Source: Betaproteobacteria bacterium
Lineage (GTDB): Bacteria; Pseudomonadota; Gammaproteobacteria; Burkholderiales; CAIKXV01
Length of the DNA: 56,984 bases
Reading direction: 5' to 3'
NCBI GenBank assembly: GCA_947458835.1
Contig: CANHBC010000002.1
Coordinates: 1-56,984 of the forward strand
Shown here: positions 17,698 to 25,316 of the stretch, one piece after another
Numbering within the stretch: position 1 is the stretch's first letter
Layout of the letters: the number at the start of each line of letters is the position of its first letter
The notes under the pieces: generated by a model
The model's input: only the letters and a program-made list of their open reading frames with translations
What the model was told of the DNA's origin: nothing
The model's database searches: none
Made by a program: the position numbers and the translations under genes

Positions 17698-18842
17698 GCA
17701 CCGGGCCCTCCGAGCCCGGACTGCATCAGCCAGGCGAACTCCTCCGCCGGATGCGCCACGTAGCGGGCATCCTCCTCCGCGATCTCGCCGCGTCGCACAC
17801 GATCGGCAAGCTGGGCGGTCATCTGGACATGGCCGTCCCGCCGACCCTGCGCCATGATGCCGCGCAACTGTCCGGTAGTCCCCTGCACGATCTGCTGGCG
17901 TACGGCAGGCGTGCTCACCATCAGTTCGCAGACCAGTGTCTGCGTGGCATCGTCCCGACGGCGTACCAGCGCCTGCGACAGCACGGCGATCAGGACATTG
18001 GCGAACACGCTGCGTGCCCAGGGCATCTCGTCCGGGGCGAAAAGGGACAGGACGCGTTCGACGGCCTCGGATGCATTCGGCGTGTGCAAAGTGGCAAGCA
18101 CGAGGTGACCGGTCTCGGCCGCAGAGAGCGCAGCATGCATCGTGGATCGATCTCGAATCTCGCCGATCACGATCACGTCCGGATCCTGGCGCATCGCCGC
18201 CCGTACCGCCCCGGCGAAATCAGACGCATCGACACCGACCTCGCGCGCACTGATATGGCCGATCGGCCGTCCGCCCCCGGGACAGTCCATCCGGTCGATC
18301 CGGTACTCGATCGGATCCTCGATGGTAAGCACGTGCAGCGCACGACTGCAGACCAGGCGCCGGACCAGCGCTGCCAGCGTGCTGCTCTTGCCGCTGCCGG
18401 TCGGCCCGGTTACCAGCAGCAGCCCGCGCGAGCGATCGACCAGCCGCCGCAGCAGGACTGGCAGCCCCAGCGTATCGAGGTCCGGCAGGGAGTCCCTGAG
18501 CCTGCGCAGCGAGACGCCCAGGTTTCCGCCGGTGCGCAGGTGCAGGTTTCCGCGCAGTCGGTACAGGCCCAACGTGGCCGAGAAGTCCATTGCCCCGCCG
18601 TCGCGCAGCCGCAGCGTCCGCCGGAGCGCCTCGGCGCTCGTGCCCGCAGAACCTTCGAACGGAACGAGGTTGCGCAGCAGTTCGAACAGCGCCGCCTCCT
18701 CCACCGCTGCTCCGTCGGCGACCGATAGCAGGCCACCGCAACGCTGCCGGACCGGCTCGCCAACCGCGAGGTGCAGGTCGGTCAGATCGTCCCTGGCGGA
18801 CAGCAGTCGCACCACCATCGACTCCAGCATGGAGATGGCCAT
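17694..18842 (-). CDS. pilT: PilT-family retraction ATPase
   Basis: Walker A LLLVTGPTGSGKSSTL, LTIEDPIEY, Walker B DVIVIGEIRD, AAETGHLVLATLHT and STPAVRQQIVQG (AIRNLIRE-like). Start moved to the ATG at 18842. Confidence 0.9.
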   Translation of the reverse strand: MAISMLESMVVRLLSARDDLTDLHLAVGEPVRQRCGGLLSVADGAAVEEAALFELLRNLVPFEGSAGTSAEALRRTLRLRDGGAMDFSATLGLYRLRGNLHLRTGGNLGVSLRRLRDSLPDLDTLGLPVLLRRLVDRSRGLLLVTGPTGSGKSSTLAALVRRLVCSRALHVLTIEDPIEYRIDRMDCPGGGRPIGHISAREVGVDASDFAGAVRAAMRQDPDVIVIGEIRDRSTMHAALSAAETGHLVLATLHTPNASEAVERVLSLFAPDEMPWARSVFANVLIAVLSQALVRRRDDATQTLVCELMVSTPAVRQQIVQGTTGQLRGIMAQGRRDGHVQMTAQLADRVRRGEIAEEDARYVAHPAEEFAWLMQSGLGGPGA

Positions 18843-18850
18843 GGGCGAAC

Positions 18851-19651
18851 TCACGGCGCCGCGACGGCGAAAAGCGGCAGCACGCTGCCCCAGGGGGTGG
18901 TGGTGCGCAGCGCGAGGGAAAACGGCATCGCCGCGGAAGCGTCGGTACCGTTGCTGGCCTCGACTACCCCACCCCATGCATTGACGGCGAGCAGCGGGTC
19001 GATGCCTGCGGCACGCGCGAGGCCGGACGCCTCGATCGGCGAGTAGTCTTCGATGCAAGGCAGTTCACCGGGCGCTGGCACCGCGCAGCGCACCGCGCGG
19101 AACCGGTTGATGCCGATGTCACGCGATGGATCCGAAAGCAACCGCGCGCGATACACGGACTCCAGTTGCCGGGCGAGACGGTCGAGGCGGGCGCGGGTCT
19201 CGGCCATCGCGCCAGCCTGGAGGTCGAATCCCGAAGCGACGACCCACCGCGCGCCGGGCGATGCCGTGAACTGCCCGGTCGACGTGTCCAGCGCCGATGC
19301 GTCAGCCTCGGCCGGTAGCCAAGCGGCCAACACGCGGTAGGCAATGCCGTCACGGGATAGCCGGTCGCTCACGGACAGACGCAGCCCCCAGCGGGGCACG
19401 ATTCCAGCCTCGCGCATGACGAGGTCTGCGCCTGGCGCCTCCACCACGCGGTCCACCGTTGCGAGTTCGCGCGCATACCAACCCAGCAGCGCGGCGCGGA
19501 CCTCCTGGAGCCACGCCTGCTGTACCCGCGCGAGGCCGTCGGCCTGGACACGCGTACCCAGCGTGGCCCAGCCGACAACGATGCTGGCCGCGATGGTCAC
19601 TACCGTAGCCACCACTGCGAGCACTGCATGGCCGGACTCCCCATTTCGCAT
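18851..19651 (-). CDS. pilin-like paralog of the 16717-17697 protein, lacking a canonical prepilin processing motif
   Basis: N-terminal hydrophobic helix HAVLAVVATVVTIAASIVVGW without G|FTLxE. It shares LQEVRAALLGWY.../LAEVRQAFLAAY... and DPSRDIGINRF/DPSRDASINYF with the PilV-like protein. Confidence 0.55.
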   Translation of the reverse strand: MRNGESGHAVLAVVATVVTIAASIVVGWATLGTRVQADGLARVQQAWLQEVRAALLGWYARELATVDRVVEAPGADLVMREAGIVPRWGLRLSVSDRLSRDGIAYRVLAAWLPAEADASALDTSTGQFTASPGARWVVASGFDLQAGAMAETRARLDRLARQLESVYRARLLSDPSRDIGINRFRAVRCAVPAPGELPCIEDYSPIEASGLARAAGIDPLLAVNAWGGVVEASNGTDASAAMPFSLALRTTTPWGSVLPLFAVAAP

Positions 19652-19660
19652 GGTGCTGCC

Positions 19661-20248
19661 TCAGCCCTGTGCGCTGTGGAACAGCATGTCGAAGGTCCCG
19701 GTAGTCGCCGCGCCTGAACCAGGCGCGCCGCGGCAGCGAAACCGGTCGAACCCGACCGTCGTATCGTTGCTGCCGTTGCACTCCTGCAGGAGTTCCAGGA
19801 TCTGTGCGTTGGGCACGCCGGTCGAGCGCGTGAAATAGCGCTGGCCGATGCCGCCGGTCTCCCGCTGGATCGACACCACCACGCCGGACATGATGCTGTT
19901 GACCAGCGCATTTCCGTCGGTGTTGTAGTCGGTCGGCTGCATGTAGGGCTGCTTCCAGTTGCCTGCAGGGACATCGACGCCGCAGAAGGTATTCGCAGCC
20001 TGGTTCGCCGCGTTGTCGAACAAACCGCGTACCTGGCGCGGGATGCAGTTGGTGTTCGCGTTCATGCGCAGCGCCGCTTCGCCGACGGTCCGCTGGAACG
20101 CGAGCAGCGCGGCGTTTCGGCTCTGTCCTCCGACGCCGAAGAAATAGCCCACGCCCACCGCCAATACCAGCAGCACTGCCACCACGATGCCCAGTTCGAC
20201 CAGCGTGAAACCGCCGGAACGACGCTTGATTCCGATCTCTCTGCCCAC
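19661..20248 (-). CDS. type IV major pilin (prepilin)
   Basis: GTG start at 20248 preceded by GGAGGG. 13-aa leader VGREIGIKRRSGG|FTLVELGIVVAVLLVLAVG. The C-terminal Cys pair ECNGSNDTTVGFDRFRC suggests a D-region-like disulfide loop. The rest of the 348-aa track ORF is Arg-rich shadow. Confidence 0.8.
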   Translation of the reverse strand: MGREIGIKRRSGGFTLVELGIVVAVLLVLAVGVGYFFGVGGQSRNAALLAFQRTVGEAALRMNANTNCIPRQVRGLFDNAANQAANTFCGVDVPAGNWKQPYMQPTDYNTDGNALVNSIMSGVVVSIQRETGGIGQRYFTRSTGVPNAQILELLQECNGSNDTTVGFDRFRCRGAPGSGAATTGTFDMLFHSAQG

Positions 20249-20299
20249 GTTGCCCTCCGTCGTGACTGCCTGTGAGTGCGCCCTGCGGCGCGATGGATC

Positions 20300-20317
20300 G
20301 TGATCCGGTCGGATCAC
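20300..20317. repeat. 7-bp inverted repeat GTGATCC-GGTC-GGATCAC overlapping the stop codon of the platform gene, upstream of the pilin gene
   Basis: Read directly from the sequence. Function unknown. Confidence 0.45.
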
Positions 20318-21498
20318 ACGTTGCGCAGGCCGATCGCCATGATCGGACCGTACGAAAGGAAGAAAGCGACCACGATGCCGGCCGCGAGCACCAGCATCGA
20401 GGCAAAGAACAGGACATCCGAGAGCCGTGCGGACAGTCCGATCACGTCCTCCTCGAATTCGCGCACCATGCGTTCGAGTTCGTCGGGCACCCGTCCGGAC
20501 TCGTCTGCCGCCGCCACGTCGGTGGCCACCAGCGGCGGGAAGCCGGCGCGCACGACCGCCTCGCGCATGAACACGCCGGTCTCCAGCAAGTGACCGAAAC
20601 GAGCAAACCAGCCACGCGTATCGGAGCGGCGCGCGGCGTCGCGCACAACGATCGCGGCGGTGGCGGGCGGGATCCGCGCACGCAGCAGTTGCGCGAATCC
20701 GTTCCACAGGGCGGCCAGTTCGGCCTTGACCGAGAGCTCCCGTACCAGCGGGAGCGACTCGGCCACTTGGCGGCAGGTCGATGTCCGGGTGAACGCGAAC
20801 AGCAGCACCGGCAGCGTGACGAAGATCGTCCAGGCCAGGGTCAGATGATCGTTGATCGCGCGGGTGAACTCGAAGTAGTTCACCGCGAACGGAGGCATGC
20901 GTGCGCCGGTCTTGGAGAAGAACTCCAGTGTCTTCGGCGCGGCCACGGTGACCACCACGAACAGGAACACATAGAGGAACGCGAAGGTGGCCACCGGGAT
21001 GGCAATCACCCGGGACAGCGAACCGCGCAGGGTGCGCTGCGTACGCACGTCATCGGCGAGTCGCTTCAGCGTCTCAGGCGTGCTGCCGGAGACCTCGGCG
21101 GCCCGCACCAGCATGCTGTCGCGCCTCGGGAAGCCGGCAAATGCCATCGCCGCGTGCAGTTCGGATCCGCCCAGGCACTGCTGCTGCATGGCCAGCGCCG
21201 CCTGCCTGAGCTTAGGATCCCGGAGGATGCCGCGACAGCTCTCCAACGCCTTGGGCGCCGGCGTGCCATTGCCCAGGCGCTGGCCGAATGACCGGTAGAA
21301 GCGCTCCAGGTCGCGAGCGTCGAACCCGCTGGAGATCCAGTTGCGAAGCGTCGCCGACGGATCCAGTCGCAGTCGAGTCGCGCGGACCCGGTTGGTCTTG
21401 AGCCGGGAATACGCGAAATCCCGGCTTTCGGCATAGACGACGCCGTGCACTGGCGCATTACCGGTATCGTATCCGCTGTAGTGGAAGGCGAGAAGCAT
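20314..21498 (-). CDS. GspF/PilC-family inner-membrane platform protein
   Basis: 394 aa with two T2SSF-like repeats and hydrophobic segments (IAIPVATFAFLYVFLFVVVTVAAP, LAWTIFVTLPVLLFAF, VLFFASMLVLAAGIVVAFFL). It follows the assembly ATPase. Confidence 0.8.
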   Translation of the reverse strand: MLLAFHYSGYDTGNAPVHGVVYAESRDFAYSRLKTNRVRATRLRLDPSATLRNWISSGFDARDLERFYRSFGQRLGNGTPAPKALESCRGILRDPKLRQAALAMQQQCLGGSELHAAMAFAGFPRRDSMLVRAAEVSGSTPETLKRLADDVRTQRTLRGSLSRVIAIPVATFAFLYVFLFVVVTVAAPKTLEFFSKTGARMPPFAVNYFEFTRAINDHLTLAWTIFVTLPVLLFAFTRTSTCRQVAESLPLVRELSVKAELAALWNGFAQLLRARIPPATAAIVVRDAARRSDTRGWFARFGHLLETGVFMREAVVRAGFPPLVATDVAAADESGRVPDELERMVREFEEDVIGLSARLSDVLFFASMLVLAAGIVVAFFLSYGPIMAIGLRNV

Positions 21499-21590
21499 CG
21501 TGGATCGGATCTTCGGCGACGTCCACCGGCAACACGATCGGTGAACATCAGGGGTTCAGTTCGAAACCTCGTTCTCTGAACGCGGGCGGG

Positions 21591-23606
21591 TCAGGAAGGT
21601 GGGTCAGCTACTCGACGCAGTTCATCGATGGACGTGATGCCCCGCGCGACCAGCCGAAGGCCGCACGCCCAGATCGAACGCCCGGGCGGCACGCCAGCGC
21701 GTGCGATCTCGCGGGCGGTCGCGCCGCGTTCGACCAGGTCGCGCACGTCGCGATCGATATCGAGCAGTTCGTAGATGATCCGGCGGCCGCGAAAGCCGCT
21801 CCATCCGCAGCGGAGGCATCCGACCTGGCGCATCGGGTTCCATTCGAGGTCGGCCACCCACGCCGAGCGACGCCGCTCGGCGTGCGTTTCCTCGCGTGCA
21901 TCGGAGGCGCAGCAGTCAGGGCAGAGTACCTGTACGAGCCGCTGCGCCAGCACACCGCGCAACGACGCCGCGAGGTTCTCGGACGTGACACCGATGTGCC
22001 GCAGCCGGGTGACCGCCAGCGCCGCCTCGGTGACGTGCAGCGTCGTGTAGACCAGGTGCCCGGTGAAGGCCGCGGAGATGACCCGATTGGCCACGTCGAG
22101 ATCTTCCCGGATCTCCCCCATCAGGATCACGTGCGGCGCCATGCGCAACGTGGCGTTAAGCATGATGCGCACGCCCTCGCCCTCGGCCACGTCCGCCGGG
22201 ACCTCCATCTGATGCCACATGGAATGGCGATACTCGATCGGTTTCTCGATGGTCCGGATCGAGCGCTCGATCGGATCGATCTTCTTCATCATGGCGTACA
22301 GCGACGTAGTCTTCCCGGACCCGGTAGGGCCGCAGACGACCACCAGCCCGGTGCTCGAACGGCTGTAATTCAACAGCTGGCGCTCGACCTGCTCGTCGAA
22401 TCCGAGCGCATGGAAATCCGCCTGTTCGGCCTGCCGGTCAAGGACGCGCACGACGGCTTCGCGCTCGGAGTGGCTGCGACCCTGGTTGAGTTGCAGCCGG
22501 AAGCTGTAGCGGTCGGTGATGTCGGCGAATTCATCCTTGAGGCCACCGATGATCCCGACGTTGGCCTCCTGAGGGTTGCGGGCAAGCGCGTCGGCGCTGG
22601 AGTTTTCCGAGACGAGCTTGTTCAGTATCTTGTCGAACAGGTCTTCCTTGATGGCCGCGAAGAGGTGCCCTACGCCGTTCACGTGCAGCTTGACCTTGCC
22701 CACGCCGGCCAGAGTCTTGTGAAGGAAGATGTCGTTCGCGCCGACATAACAGGCATGCCGGATCAGGCGACCGTAGATCCACTCGACCTCGTTGCCGTCC
22801 TGCACATCCGAACCACGCGCCGCGCGCTGGCGCTCCTCCCACTGCAGCACCGCAGCCCGGAAGGCCTCTTCGGTACGGGCGAAATGTCGACGAAAGACGG
22901 TCTCGATCGTGCGCGGGGATGCGATCACCACCTCTACCCGATACGACTGCCAGCGCGTCTGCGCCTCCAGGATCTTCTCGGGTTCGGCGACGGCGACCAC
23001 CAGACGGCCATCGACCCGCCCCGCCGGCACGTACCCGCTGAACTCCCCGACGGAAAGGTCCTCAAGCTCTGATGGATCGATCCGGTCGACATGGTCCTTC
23101 GGGAAGTACTGGCGGCCGTTCTCCTCGGCCAGGGCCTGGGCCATGGTCTCAGCGCTGATCAGCCCGAGGTCGAGCACGACCCGCGTGAGGGACGTTCCAG
23201 TGGCAGCGGCGAACTGGAGCGCGGCGCGGATGTGCGACTCCTTCACCCCGAGTTTGCGCAGCCGGTGGTCCATTCCGACCTGTGCCGTGACCAGTCGTTC
23301 CGACTCGCTCAGCACCACGCCGCTGCACTGCCGCTCGAGGGCAGCGTCGATGTCGGCGCGGCTGCATAGTCCGAGGGTGACCAGCAGGTCGCCCAGCGGT
23401 GCGTGCGACCGCGCCTGCACTTGAAGGGCCTCCTGCAATGCGGCGCGAGTGATTGCGGTGTCGGCCAGCAGCAGCTGGCCGAGGAGCGTCGTTGCCCCGG
23501 AGCTCTCTGGCCGCCGGGCCGCGGCGGTCACGACCGGGTCTGCCCTGCCCGGCTCCGCAACGCCGAGGGTATCGGCCCCACCGAACCATCGCGCGCGGAG
23601 GTCCAT
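21591..23606 (-). CDS. GspE/PilB-family assembly ATPase with N-terminal T2SSE_N (MshEN-like) repeats
   Basis: Walker A VVVCGPTGSGKTTSL, Walker B HVILMGEIRE, His box TTLHV and tetracysteine CPDCC...CLRCG. N-terminal LLGQLLLADTAITRAALQEALQVQ-ARSHA-PLGDLLVTLGLCSRADIDAALERQ. Confidence 0.9.
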   Translation of the reverse strand: MDLRARWFGGADTLGVAEPGRADPVVTAAARRPESSGATTLLGQLLLADTAITRAALQEALQVQARSHAPLGDLLVTLGLCSRADIDAALERQCSGVVLSESERLVTAQVGMDHRLRKLGVKESHIRAALQFAAATGTSLTRVVLDLGLISAETMAQALAEENGRQYFPKDHVDRIDPSELEDLSVGEFSGYVPAGRVDGRLVVAVAEPEKILEAQTRWQSYRVEVVIASPRTIETVFRRHFARTEEAFRAAVLQWEERQRAARGSDVQDGNEVEWIYGRLIRHACYVGANDIFLHKTLAGVGKVKLHVNGVGHLFAAIKEDLFDKILNKLVSENSSADALARNPQEANVGIIGGLKDEFADITDRYSFRLQLNQGRSHSEREAVVRVLDRQAEQADFHALGFDEQVERQLLNYSRSSTGLVVVCGPTGSGKTTSLYAMMKKIDPIERSIRTIEKPIEYRHSMWHQMEVPADVAEGEGVRIMLNATLRMAPHVILMGEIREDLDVANRVISAAFTGHLVYTTLHVTEAALAVTRLRHIGVTSENLAASLRGVLAQRLVQVLCPDCCASDAREETHAERRRSAWVADLEWNPMRQVGCLRCGWSGFRGRRIIYELLDIDRDVRDLVERGATAREIARAGVPPGRSIWACGLRLVARGITSIDELRRVADPPS

Positions 23607-23607
23607 C

Positions 23608-24144
23608 TCAGCCTCCGAAGACAGTGAGAGTGAGCTCGAAGCTTCGCTCCGATGCGACGAAAGCGGTCACCGCAACCGGCAGCGCGCGGAAACTCGAGAC
23701 GAAGTCGCGCAGGCCCTGGTAGTTCAGGTAGGCGCCCTTGATCCGCACGCTGACCGCGCGCAGTTGCCCACCGGAATAGGGCACCGGACGTGCCATTTCG
23801 GCGAGCGGCGTCACTCGGGTCACGCCCGACCCGGTGGTAACGGCGAGCGATTCGATGCTGATCGCGTCGCTGACGCGCCGCTCCATGGCGGCCGACACAG
23901 TCTCGGCCAGCGCACGCTCGAGCAGCTTGCCAGCGTGCGGATCCGTTTGCCGTGCGCTGGCGATGTCGCGCACCCGCGCAGAGAGTGCCTCGAGCGAGGT
24001 ACGTTCCGACTCGAGGCTTACTGCCTGCGCCTGGGCCGAAACGACTTTCGGCTGTTGCCCGCGGGCCGCGAGGGCGCTAGCGAGGCAGCATGCCAGCAAG
24101 AGCGGAATCAGGATGGTCGCAACGGACGATGAGCGAGATCTCAT
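23608..24144 (-). CDS. small pilus/T2SS assembly protein (GspM/PilO(IVa)- or PilP-like), possible lipoprotein
   Basis: Signal/anchor MRSRSSSVATILIPLLLACC, a coiled-coil and a C-terminal ferredoxin-like segment VRIKGAYLNYQGLRDFVSSFRALPVAVTAFVASERSFELTLTVFG. The ATPase start lies 1 nt after its stop. Confidence 0.5.
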   Translation of the reverse strand: MRSRSSSVATILIPLLLACCLASALAARGQQPKVVSAQAQAVSLESERTSLEALSARVRDIASARQTDPHAGKLLERALAETVSAAMERRVSDAISIESLAVTTGSGVTRVTPLAEMARPVPYSGGQLRAVSVRIKGAYLNYQGLRDFVSSFRALPVAVTAFVASERSFELTLTVFGG

Positions 24145-25312
24145 TCAAGGCTCCTGGGGCATTCAGGCCACTTCGCACGCAACCGACCGGCGGAGCGATG
24201 GACAGCGCCGACGCGACCTGCGAGCGGTCAGTGGCCGCGTTCACGCTGGGGCGGTTCTGGAAGGTCATGCGCGGCCGGGTGAAAGGCACGGTGATCGTGT
24301 ATTCCGCGACCCGGCCGCGGGCTTCGAGCGAGACCCGGGCGCCGGACCGCCACAGTTCCGCCGCGCGGTCGAGCAGCGCGACCGGATCCAGACTCAACTC
24401 CTGTGCGAGCGCACTCGGCCGGTCCCGCATCAGGGCTCCGAGCTCGAGTTGCAACCGTTCGATGTCCTGGCGGGCGTGGCGGGCGACCGACTCGGCCTCG
24501 CGGATGCGCAAGGTCGTATCGAACAGGTTTGCCGCTGCGCCGAGTGCGAGCACCGCGCTAACCGCAAGCATCCCGTGGCGGATGTGGCGCAGCGCGATCC
24601 CCGCCCACTCTGGCTCGGCCGGATAGGACTCGACTTCCGCAGCTGCGACCAGAACGTCGGCCGCATTGAACAGGATCCAGGGCGCGTCCTCGGGCAGTTT
24701 CTGCTCGTAAAGCACCAGCCTGGCAATATCGCGTACCGGCTCGTCCGTGACGCTGCAGACCACGGCCGGCTGCAGCATCGGATCGGGGATCACCACGCCG
24801 ATGACCAGGCGCTCCCGTGCCAGACGGGTGGGCGATGCCTCATCGGCGCGCGGGCAGAGATCGATCAACACGGCGAACGGTCGCCCGCTGCGTGCGGCCG
24901 GCGACTGGCCCGCGTGGTGCAGGAGCCGATCCACCAGCATCAGCCCGGGCGCCACCGCGGTGATCCGTGGCTGGGCGGACCGGGCTTCGTCATTGGCAGC
25001 CGGCTGGAAGGGTTCGTCCCCGGAAAGCGAGTCTAGGTAACCCACCGGGGCTGCGTAGATCACGCCATCCCGCTTCGACCGGTTCACCACGCGCACACGG
25101 TCGAGCGACAGCCCTTCCCGCACCACGAACGACTTGGCCGCCTCGGTAGAACGCGGGCTGCTGGCCAATCGACGCTCCTCCGGATGGAAGGCGATCACCC
25201 GCACCGACTCGCCACGAGGCAGAGGGCCGGCACCGTCCACGTTTACCTGCCAGTGGGCAAGGGTCCGGCTAGTGAGGAAGGTGGTCAGGCAGACCGACTC
25301 TGCGCTTGCCAT
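24077..25312 (-). CDS. bitopic pilus assembly protein (R64 PilO-type / GspL-like)
   Basis: About 260 aa cytoplasmic region, one TM (GMLAVSAVLALGAAANLF), then a periplasmic coiled-coil plus domain. ATG at 25312, 4 nt after the secretin stop. Position matches pilO in pilL-N-O-P-Q-R-S clusters. Confidence 0.55.
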   Translation of the reverse strand: MASAESVCLTTFLTSRTLAHWQVNVDGAGPLPRGESVRVIAFHPEERRLASSPRSTEAAKSFVVREGLSLDRVRVVNRSKRDGVIYAAPVGYLDSLSGDEPFQPAANDEARSAQPRITAVAPGLMLVDRLLHHAGQSPAARSGRPFAVLIDLCPRADEASPTRLARERLVIGVVIPDPMLQPAVVCSVTDEPVRDIARLVLYEQKLPEDAPWILFNAADVLVAAAEVESYPAEPEWAGIALRHIRHGMLAVSAVLALGAAANLFDTTLRIREAESVARHARQDIERLQLELGALMRDRPSALAQELSLDPVALLDRAAELWRSGARVSLEARGRVAEYTITVPFTRPRMTFQNRPSVNAATDRSQVASALSIAPPVGCVRSGLNAPGALNEISLIVRCDHPDSALAGMLPR

Positions 25313-25316
25313 GGGC

